DNA of 64,000 nt from Balanoglossus misakiensis (taxonomy: Eukaryota; Animalia; Hemichordata). This document shows, one piece after another, positions 54,401 to 64,000 of this stretch. Each line of letters starts with the position of its first letter. Positions within the stretch are counted from its first letter, which is position 1. The notes below the pieces were generated by a model. The model was not told the origin of the DNA. It saw only the letters and a program-made list of their open reading frames with translations, and did not search any database. The translations under genes were made by a program, and so were the position numbers. The DNA lies in the NCBI GenBank assembly GCA_040954595.2, contig CM082584.2:10076190-10140189 (forward strand). Direction: 5' to 3'.

Positions 54401-57400
54401 AACTATTTGGATGAATAGAATACCGACGGTTCAGGTGGCTTTTTGACTGCATTTCGTAAATGATTGGTTTAAACAAAACAGTTTGTTTGTGCTCGTGTTC
54501 ACTCTTCCACGAGTTGCCCTGTTCAAATATTTGATTACTGGGTGATCGAATGAGGTCAACTCTTGTTCCAATATTTGTCCACATATTGATACATCGGCAG
54601 CTTGAAAATTGTATGAATTACACCATTGTCTGCATCAGACGCCGCGCGGCTTTTCAACTGTTTGGAACATCGATTTTTACAACACTCGACGAAATATGAC
54701 ACAGTGTGTAGGGCGAAATGGTCTTGTTGGGCTTTGTATTTTCCGTTCGTTCGAAAATAGGCCGCGGTGCCGACTATCGAATGACACTTTTCGATTGCCG
54801 CGCAGAGACACCAGAAGGGAGGTTTGACAAACATTTATTTGTGCTGACAAGTCTCTGTTTGTCATGTGAGCAGAGGGATATATATGCAATCCATCATTGC
54901 TCTGCAACCTCTCGCAGCGCCCTCATTTTCTACAGTTCTCTGATGTCCGCTGAGATATCCTCCAAGCAGATGACAGAGCATGGACACGTGTGACTGTGGT
55001 AGGAAGTAGCTCCTCGTCGTCTTGGTGGGGCTCGTGTTTCACGCAAACGTTGGGGGCACACATCCAATCAGAGGACACTACCGGCGTGGTTGGCGAGGGA
55101 GAGGCGCCCCAGGTCTATGGTTTTACGTAGAACTGATCAGCAACACCGTGGGGGGAATGCCATGTTTGCGTGAATTGGCATCTGCTGGTGGGTAAATTGG
55201 AAATTCTCCAATTTTTGCCAAACCCTTATTATCCAGATTGATATCATACCACTTGATAAGTTACGTGGGAGCCGTATCAAAAGTATACTTTTGTTGTAGG
55301 TTTTAACGCATACTAATCCTCTCGGTGATAAATCTCGCCATTTCCAAACTCGTCTGCCGACAATATGTGTGATAGCAATTCATAAAATGGCTATTAAATG
55401 CCCATACGAAAAACATGTTACACTTAACATGCACGTAGTACATAATATCAATTCAATATCTATGGTTAATAAAAGCACGTGGCACGTAGACTTGTTTTGT
55501 CTGCAACGCTACTGATATATACACCACCTGCCTTTAAGTGTTATGCAAGGTAACGTTCACCTAAATATTAGCAAGCATATTTTATCCAGAAGAGACTATG
55601 GCTGTATCTTGAAATACTGATGCGTGCGCGAGAACTGCTCATTTATGAGTGTTGCAAATAATATGCAAAGTGATTAACATACAGCTACCAAACAGAATTG
55701 AATGTAAGATTGTTGCAACATGTGCAAATAAGTGGCATTCGGCCACAACGATCAATGGACGGCGAGTCCTACACCATGAGCATGGCTTTGAGAATATGCC
55801 CGCAGGAACAGTTTATCTGAACATTCATATCTTCTTCTGTTTTTAGGCCCGACAATGTGGATATCGGAAACGCTGAAAAAACTGTTCCGTTGTTCGTTCA
55901 GAATTCTCGTCGCGGCCCTGCGTTCAATCTCCGTAAAATTGTCATTTGTGGTCAATTAGCATTTGCTTTGAATTAGTCTGTCAATCATCTTGATTGACAG
56001 CCAATAACAAATGATTTAATGAATATTAATCGTGGAGGATAAGCTTTCTGATCTGTTAGGCATATAACTGGCAGTCTCTCAGTATCAGACCAGGGCGCCA
56101 TCTGGTGAAGATAATTCGATTTTGTGGCAAATCTACTTAATACATAGCGGAAGGATCGGTAGAATTATTCACTCTTCTGAAACTAATATAATGAAAGTCT
56201 CGTCTTTTATCGAAAGGACTGACGTCATTTCCGATTTAGTCACAGCGTCATGTTAAACCTTTCAAGTTGTGGAGGTCTGTTTTATCCTTATATGCCAAAA
56301 GTAAACAATGTTGTTTTCCCTCCGACGCGTCTCACTAGCGACTGCCTCATTACACTGAACGCGACAAGCGATCAGGCTAATGGCTTTTACGCGCTTATTT
56401 ATAGGATAAAGCGAAATCTTAGAATGTGATGGATGGCGACATCACAGTCCCTCTGTGCGGAGAGACCGTGGTGATATGTTCAATAGGCCACGAATAATAA
56501 ACGAAAGGTTCTACTTACGAATCGGAATTTTCGGTACTTGGAATCCTCGGCAGTTGGCTGATGGTCGGTGGGTGGTTCATGCCGGACATGATCTTCGTCA
56601 TCTTCGTCCTCATCTTCCGCCAGATGAACCGTAATGTCTTCCTGGTCTGCTTGTATCAATGACTCCTACAAGGAAAATGAATAAATGAATGAATGAATGA
56701 ATGACAAATATTTCTGCTTACAATAATAGTTTCGAAGGGGTTAATTGCTAATATAAAGTATATTTCCGGTCAATCGTTTATTTTTTTTAAATTAAGTGGA
56801 GGTAGGACAAGCCCTTCGTTGCCCCTTTGTTCGGGGAATGGCAGCGCGGTCGCCGTAGATGGAAATGAAGAGTGAGTCAATCCCATTGTCGAATCTTGAA
56901 AGCACGCGTTACTCTGCGTCAAAAAGTAAACTTCGATATAGTGCAAGGTTATTATGTTGACACATTCTGGTGACCAACCCAAGGACAGGACAGGATATTT
57001 ACAGTCAATACTTTTATTGACGCCGTTTGGAGCAATGTTCGTCACTTAATATGACAACCATTGTGAAGTTCTGGTGCAATGTACTTTTAAAGAAAGGGGT
57101 GAGTTCTCAGCTGCAAGTTCGTCCGAAGGCCGTGAACTAAATCATGTTTGTCCTTCGTGCTCAAATGTATACTTTTTCTGAAGCCAATTTTGAGTTTGGC
57201 AGCATTCTATAATCGTTGTAGTGACTTAATAGCTCCGTTTGGCTTAAATCAACCAAAACAGTGCTCGGTTAGGGAGGCTGGAACTGCGTTTACATTGTTT
57301 AAAGCATAAACATGCAAGTTGATATTGCCGATTTTCAGATCAATAACTGTTGATAGAAACGGCTACTGTAGTTGTTCCTACCTCATCTGGCAAATAGTTT

Positions 57401-57423
57401 CTAGATCTGCCGAGTTTGTCCAT
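48458..57423 (-). CDS. Sulfotransferase-like type II membrane protein (paralog of 42096-43942) with degenerate PAPS motifs and a long acidic cytosolic N-tail; about 455 aa, 4 coding exons
   Basis: Minus-strand exons 57423-57382 (MDKLGRSRNYLPDE|gtagg), 56665-56519 (acidic; ttccttgtag|...|gtaagt), 53554-53376 (TM LAILGLVVAIGVCVAIGLAV; |gtaag) and 49457-48458; phases 0, 0, 2 are all consistent (1368 nt). Shares PNFF.R...PP.D.YR.G, GxCDY..PCSYFTI, WFAV and VY.xPFY..C with the + strand paralog. The last two exons are high confidence; the first two are moderate. Confidence 0.8.
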
Positions 57424-57709
57424 TGTCCAAAACAACTATCGGCCTCGAGAAGATGTCCTCTTGCAATTCCAAATTTATCACTTGCGTCTATGCAAATGAT
57501 CAGGCCTGATATGCTTATGTTTCGCGCGTACTAAAAGCTAGTAGGATACGGTTTTGATATAACTCATTATTCTCTTGGTTACTGACTCGCTGGCAATCAC
57601 TTGATTTAAGCACTACCACGCCTACTGGCGGTAGATTAGCTTGAAACACGTTGGTTCACTTTTTTGAAGCACAAACGTGTGAATTATTTGTGCGATGTGG
57701 CTGTAGGCC

Positions 57710-57719
57710 CATCATCATC

Positions 57720-57751
<32 letters not shown>

Positions 57752-57761
57752 CATCATCATC
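57710..57761. repeat. (CAT)n trinucleotide microsatellite between the divergent gene starts
   Basis: About 17 CAT units with one CAC interruption. Confidence 0.95.
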
Positions 57762-58196
57762 ACACAGATGTAACGCTGTCGTGGAGATCACCAGTCAGGG
57801 GAGTTTGTGCGGCTCGGCTAACATTAATTATGGAAAGGTGACAACAGATAAAAATATATGTAACAGTGGCTGGAAAAATATTTCTGACATACACCCACAT
57901 CCATTCCATTCCAGTCCTCAGAAATCTTGAAACAAAGATTGGATTTTTACCCAGCCACAAGCTGTAAAACCTCACGTATGGGCAACGTTCATGACCCCTA
58001 CATATATGACCTTAAGACCTTGACGTTTCATTGGTATAAACACAGAAACTGCCGCCGTAGAGGTCGTGGTTTACGACGATGTGTATGGCGTCATAACAGT
58101 AGGATTGAAGGTCATTCAGGGTCATGAAAGTACGTAGCCTATATACCGTGAGGCTTTTAAACACTCCATACACATAGGTAAAGTGACCAGATTAAT

Positions 58197-58365
58197 ATGT
58201 CAGCGGCTATGAAAAGTACGACCACTGCCCCCGATGGCGGGTGGGGTTGGCTAGTTGTCTGTGGGACTCACGTCGTCTACGCGCTGACGTCTGGTTCGGT
58301 TGAGGCTTTCGGTGTGATATACGTGGCTCTACTGGATGCTTTCAATGAGACAATGGCGAAAACAG
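58197..58365 (+). CDS. Duplicated first coding exon (1a) of the SLC16/MCT gene
   Basis: MSAAMKSTTTAPDGGWGWLVVCGTHVVYALTSGSVEAFGVIYVALLDAFNETMAKT; acceptor catag at 58177; donor G|gtacat, phase 1, in frame with the exon at 59942. Closely similar to exon 1b. Confidence 0.8.
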
Positions 58366-59105
58366 GTACATGTATGTCAGAATATGGTAGCCGTCATTAT
58401 TTACGGCCTTGGGGCTGAGAATCCGAGTATTAACCCCTTCTCTTTTCTAACATAGACATTTTGAGTGCCCCCCCCCCCCCAAATCCGGAACAATTATATA
58501 TAAAAACATCAGATGGTGTGCTACACCAGACATCTATTTATCGATGTTACCGGTACTATACATCTGAGATAATTTTACGCAAAACAGCGCGTGTTTTCAA
58601 GTTCAGCATCAATCGCGCTACAGCGGTTATTGGCTTTCTTACCTACGGTCAACAGAATATATGCATGTACTGCTATTGTAAAAGATATATTTTAGTTTTT
58701 ACACGATAACCAGGTAAAGGCGCCAGTTGATAGCTAATGGACCAACGACAGCTATGACATTACAGTGTTTACCGTTGATTTAGAGATTGAGAGACCCTCA
58801 ACAATATCCAGTTTTGACAGTATAATCTTTGATTTAGAGGTTTACAGATTATAGTGTTCTCTCAATATTGACTCTATCCTTTATAAACTATATGTCTCTG
58901 GTCTGCGTTATGATGCTGTTGTGCTTAACCATGCATACATGAATCCTTGACCTCAAAGAATTAACTAATTCCCATGTGACGTTTGTTGGCTGCTATAGAT
59001 ACTCATGCAAGGTTTGTGATGGGATGTGAAGGCGCTATTAGCTGGCTTCGCGACGTCTATTTGTCGCACCTGCCTAAAATGAGGTGGCAAACGTGGGCCA
59101 AAGGG

Positions 59106-59197
59106 CAATCTGATTAAAATCAGATGTAGGGACTGTGTGAGGCGACAGCATAAAAAAACCACGTCGCCGTTCCCTACATCTGATTTTAATCAGATTG
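59106..59197. mobile_element. 92-bp MITE with perfect 27-bp TIRs and a 9-bp TSD (Mutator- or Academ-like)
   Basis: GCCAAAGGG|CAATCTGATTAAAATCAGATGTAGGGA ... TCCCTACATCTGATTTTAATCAGATTG|GCCAAAGGG; TSD at 59097-59105 and 59198-59206. Confidence 0.9.
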
Positions 59198-59386
59198 GCC
59201 AAAGGGTTGCGGACCTTGAACCGAGACCACGAGAATACCGGCGCTTTCCTTGAGGCCGGTAGTTTGGTCATACACTCTCTACCGAAAAGTCTGAGCTGAA
59301 CTTGTGTGATTGCTATATGAACCTGTTCCTGTTTCGGGAGGGAGGATTTTGAACAATTCATGCCTAAGTAAAGTGGCCAGATTGAC

Positions 59387-62047
59387 ATGTCGACGGCTAA
59401 AGCTACGTCGACCACTGCCCCCGATGGCGGGTGGGGTTGGCTAGTTGTCTGTGGGACTCACGTCGTCTACGCGCTGACGTCCGGTTCGGTTCATGCTTTC
59501 GCTGTGATATATGTGGCGCTGCTGGACGCTTTCAATGAGACAATGGCGAAAACAGGTAATGCTAGAAGAAACCGTGTGTAGTGATATGTTGGTCGGATCC
59601 GGACCCCACCACACAGTTGTTATTCATCGTGGCCAAACTATAAACACGCGAAGTCAAAGGTCACGTAACAACACATTTTTAAAAGCTTTAATGGCGACAG
59701 TAACACGTTGAATACCTCAAACTTGACCACATTTAACCCACTCCAGGCCCTTGTTGGGTCAAACGAAGCAATTTTTGGTATTTTAAAGGGGGGTGATTGT
59801 ATTGAATTGGAAAGAAACACTCCATGTTAAATTCAAGGCCAACAGTCACACTATCGATGCAACCAGCTGAATCACGGTATTATATAATTATGTGGCGTAC
59901 ACCAATATAATGACTTGTTTTTTTGTGTTTCTTAAATGCAGCGCTTCTTGGCTACGTAAGTTACATGGTGCTGGTACTGACCAATCCTTACACAAGCGCC
60001 CTCTGCGAAAGGATCGGTCATCGACCGGTGGTGATCACTGGCGGCGTCATTGCTTCGGCGTCCTTGCTTCTAAGTTCATTTACAACGTCTTTGTCACAGA
60101 TGTATTTAACATTCGGCGTCATGACGGGTAAGGGTTCTACTGCTGTTGCTGCATTTCCAGTCGGTCTTTGCGTTTTGAGTCCAGCGTTCATTTTCTTCGC
60201 AGTGCCAGCTATCAATCAATCGATCGCAGTGTAGTTGGTATCGATCTAATTTCGAAATATTGAAAATGACCAATATGTCCGATGTTGAAGATTTGTGAAT
60301 ACGTATATATGCACACACTTCCTTTCGTCCAAATGTCAGTCAGTCAGCCAGCCTGCCTGCCTGCCTGTCTCTGCTGTTGTTTAAGCTTAAATAGTACCGG
60401 CAGCTCATTTACTCTTTCCAGGTATTGGTTACGGTTTTACTCACACGCCCTCAGTGCTAATAGTTAGCAAATACTTCGATAAGAAATTGCCGACCGCAAC
60501 GGGATTAGCCGTGGCTGGAAGCGGCATAGGGATGTTCATATTCTCCTTTGTAACACAGAAACTATTGGACACCTACGGGTGGAGAGGCACGATCAGGATT
60601 TTAAGTGCATTGACATTGCACCTGTGCGTGTCGGGGGCGTTGTACCGCCCTCTGCAGGAGACAACAGACACACAGATCTCTGAGAACGTTGAGATGTTGA
60701 CCCCGGTGCGGAGCAGAACAGAACGCGAAAGCGCCACATCGGACGACCAATCGGCTCACGACAAGCAAGAGCGTCATCAAGACGACCATGATTCCAGTCA
60801 AAAGAAACCACGATCTTCGATATGCGTGTCTGTTTATTCCTTCTTTGATAGCGTGTATTGCTTCAAGTTGTGGAAGAATTGCAAATTTCTGCTTATCCTA
60901 TCAAGCGTTTTCCTGGCTTACTCTGGGTTTACGATCGTGACATCTCAAACGGTAAGAGAAACGCGACAATCAGTTTGCAAACATAAGCATAGGTCTGTTC
61001 TGGGACGTCTCAGTCATTTGCCATTCCACCGATGATGTAGGCGCAACACCTTACCAACATTTGAATTCTATCCTCGCAGGTGAAGAGGGCGCTGGACTTC
61101 GGCTTCGAGGATATGTCAGCCGCCGCCCTGGTGGCGGTGTTTGGCATCGGCCAGGGCGTCGGGCGACCGTTGTTCGGAGTGGTAGCCAACATACCTAAAG
61201 TTAACAAGCTTTTCTTGTATCAAGCGTCGGTGGCGATATGTGGAGTGTGCACAATAGTTAGTGTTCACGTCAGAAACTATGCAGGTGATGTTTTGTTACA
61301 TACTATTTTTCGTGACCTGTCATCTGCGTCATTTTCCCATTGTTTGGAGGAGTGTGATCGCCTATATTGCCGCTACAAAATACTGCATTATATACCGAGT
61401 GTTAACGACGGCTTTCTCAGATGACGTGCATGCTTCATTTCCTCTTGCTCATACAATCTAGCCCTCTAAATTTTCTGTCTTTGACGTCGTCGGCAGGTCA
61501 CGTAGCCCTAGCCGCTTCGATTGGACTATTCATGGGATCCATGATCACGCTGACCACTCTCTTGTGCGTCTTGTACTTCGGAGTTGATCGGCTGAAGTAC
61601 ACATACTCCCTGTACCACATCGTCATCGGCGTCGCTATGGTGACAGGTTCAACGCTGGGAGGTAAGGGGTGCGTGCGCGCTGTGGATTTGCGCAGTGAGT
61701 GACAGAGAGTTTAGGGGCGGTCAGAACAACAGGTAGCAGCAAACCCACTGACGATCTTGTCAACAATGATTCAATGATTGTAAGAAAAAGTAAGGATGTG
61801 GGTGTTCTCCACGCGTCACGTGACACCGTCTGTTCGTCCTGGATCTATAATATAGGCCTAATGGCGTTTTCTTTACCATACAGGTTTCATATGGGACGTG
61901 ACTGGAAACAGTAGGGGATCCTTTTATCTAGCCGGCGTCTGCTACCTTGCAGCAGCATTGATTTTGTGCCTAATGCCACCGTATCGGTGTTGCTTTAGGA
62001 GGACACAATCAACATATGGTGGCGACAAAGCTATTGCAGAAGTGTAG
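59387..62047 (+). CDS. Monocarboxylate transporter, SLC16/MCT family (MCT12/13/14-like MFS); about 472 aa, 6 coding exons
   Basis: Exons 59387-59555, 59942-60127, 60422-60951, 61080-61284, 61497-61661 and 61884-62047; in frame (1419 nt). Signatures PDGGWGW, IGHRPV, KYFDKKLPTATGLAVAGSGIG, YGWRG, hydrophilic central loop, TM8 GQGVGRP, GFIWDVTG. Confidence 0.93.
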
Positions 62048-62997
62048 TAAATTGAATTGTGTCCGTGATATTCACGGTCGTGCCTTCTCCGAAATTGGCC
62101 TGTATTCTGTTGTACGGACACCAACTCATGTTGAGTCACCGTGTCAATACTTTGTGACGGTAATTTACAGACCTATTTACATGTCCAAAGGACAACTGAG
62201 GAAATGCTAATTAAAGACAGAAAGTTACCATGCATTTCGGTCTGTTCTCATTTGTCACTGCATGCATGCTCTTGCTGTGCTTCTGTTTGAGGAAGGGGTT
62301 GTGCAGTCGAAAACAATATAGCACCGTGCGCGACCGCCTCAACAATTGGGGCTGGGCAGCACTCGGGTGTAAAAACAGAAAGCTATTAAAAAAATAACTT
62401 ATACATTTTACCGGAATTTTATAGGGAATTTTACGGAAGCTTATTGAGGCCAATTTGTAAATAATATAACAATAAAAATCTCGTAATTTTAAACTCGTAA
62501 TTACGCATTTATAAGCTCATACCGGTAATTACGCGTTTTCAAACTCGTACCGGTAAATTATTATAGTACCGGTAAAATAACAGTTAATGGGCAGGGAATA
62601 CGTAAAGCACTGTTGCTTACAACTCTTCAGAGGAATAAACATTTACGCTAGTTCAGTTCTCCTACATGAAATCATGGAGGTACTAAGTACCTCCTTGATG
62701 AAATACATTTATTCACCGTGAGCACAAAATTAATACAGAACTCTTCCTTTCGCGGCAAAATTCGACACAAGTAGGCCTAACGCAGGGGATGTACGATGGT
62801 GACGTGACCTGAAATAGGTACTAAGTGGTTGTAGTTTTACAAGCTACTTGTACATGTACTAGTATATCATTACATCATTCTGTGTTACTCATTGGCTACA
62901 TGTACTCTTCATCATACACTTTGTCTAAGATTCCCCGAGGTCCTACGTCTAGTTAGTCAATGTTTTCGTGATCATGTCATTCCCGCTAGTGTTTCCC

Positions 62998-64000
62998 TCA
63001 TTGGATCTGATAATCCTCCAGCCGAAATCCGGGTAGTCTGGCGACAAGGCTCACATTCTCTCGTCTCAGGTCACCATCGTCTGACAACGGCAGGTAGCCC
63101 ATGACAGCCATCATCTCTTTGCACGGTGCCAGCGTTTCAACGGCTCTCGCGGCGTCCGCGCTGAGCCTGGATCTCCAATTTTGAGCCTGTCGTTTGGAGT
63201 TGCGACTGGTTCCGTAGTGTCCGCCGTTCGGCTTCTCGCCCGTCGTGTTCTCGTCCAGCCACGCGCGCACCTCGCCGGGCAGGACGAGACCGAGATCGCG
63301 ATAGAGCGCCTCGGCTGTCTCGTGGGGACGTTCGGCCATGTCCTCGTACCGGACAAAATTATATCTGTCTTCGAAGTATTCATGGCCCATGCTCCTGCCG
63401 ATGACGTAGTTTTCTAGCCAATTTTGGCAGTACGATTTTGTCGTTTCGATAGCAACCTGAGTGATATCCTCCAAACCGTAGAGCTTTTTCCCGCCTTCTT
63501 TCAGTTCCAACCAGGAGGACAATCGCCCGCGAGGGTCGCGTATAATATGAACAACTTTTACGTTGAGCGACTCACCTTGCATTAAATGTATCGCCTCGTT
63601 TATATGTCTAATGCGAATCGTTTTGATAGCAACGTTTCTCTTTCGCCTGCAATGTTCTGCCAGTATGTCTGGGGTAACAGCCGAACAAGAACGATTCTGA
63701 CCGACATGATCGCATAGTTTATTGTTAACCGAGGCTGGAATATGTCGACGCCGCCCCTGGAACGACAGCGACGAAACTTCTCTTAGATAGCATTCCATGC
63801 CGTCGAAATGGCACTGGAACATTTTCTTCAACATTTGGACGTAGTGCGTTGAGAATGTGTAGCTTGGGAGACCAGCCTCCTCGATGCATTTCAACAACAG
63901 AAGACCCGGTTCGAACACGTAAAAGAAATCTCGACTCTGGTTGAACAGTTCGGCAGTGAAAGTTGACCCTGTTCGGTAACCGCCCATCAGCAGGATACGC
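62998..64000 (-). CDS. Carbohydrate sulfotransferase (CHST1/3/4-like 6-O-sulfotransferase, Sulfotransfer_1) catalytic exon; 5' end lies beyond the window
   Basis: RILLMGGYRTGSTFTAELF (5'-PSB), FFYVFEP, VAIKTIR, KVVHIIRDPRG (3'-PB), FVRYEDMA, WRSRL, MAVMGY. The frame is open to position 64000. Confidence 0.92.
   Translation of the reverse strand, partial: RILLMGGYRTGSTFTAELFNQSRDFFYVFEPGLLLLKCIEEAGLPSYTFSTHYVQMLKKMFQCHFDGMECYLREVSSLSFQGRRRHIPASVNNKLCDHVGQNRSCSAVTPDILAEHCRRKRNVAIKTIRIRHINEAIHLMQGESLNVKVVHIIRDPRGRLSSWLELKEGGKKLYGLEDITQVAIETTKSYCQNWLENYVIGRSMGHEYFEDRYNFVRYEDMAERPHETAEALYRDLGLVLPGEVRAWLDENTTGEKPNGGHYGTSRNSKRQAQNWRSRLSADAARAVETLAPCKEMMAVMGYLPLSDDGDLRRENVSLVARLPGFRLEDYQIQ

Noticed and set aside
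54900-55115. GC-rich minus-strand stretch in an intron as an extra exon
   Set aside because: No suitable in-frame donor was found before stop codons.

Overview
Eukaryotic, intron-containing animal DNA. The gene content (intronless orphan rhodopsin GPCR, GPI-anchored M28 peptidases, several Golgi sulfotransferases, an SLC16 transporter) suggests a marine invertebrate, possibly a deuterostome (echinoderm, hemichordate or amphioxus), but the organism cannot be determined from this window. I hand-assembled seven genes from GT-AG splice sites with consistent reading frames: a class A GPCR (9310-10401 +); two tandem M28 metallopeptidase paralogs (24633-28315 + and 33228-40417 +); two paralogous Sulfotransfer_2-type genes arranged tail to tail (42096-43942 + and 48458-57423 -); an MCT/SLC16 transporter with a duplicated first coding exon (58197/59387-62047 +); and a CHST-like sulfotransferase cut off by the window end (62998->64000 -). 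Mobile DNA includes a Kolobok-like relic, several MITEs, a LINE fragment and a young 4.4-kb palindromic element in the last intron of peptidase 2. That element has TATGG...CCATA ends, a 6-bp target-site duplication (IS3EU-like), 63-bp tandem arrays, a broken SAM-domain ORF and nested MITEs. The three most interesting observations are: (1) a sulfotransferase paralog that has lost its PAPS-binding residues but carries a long cytosolic tail with sorting signals, a candidate pseudo-enzyme or glycan receptor; (2) two alternative MCT first exons that place Glu or His at the position equivalent to MCT1 K38; (3) the palindromic IS3EU-like element. All gene models are manual predictions without transcript evidence.
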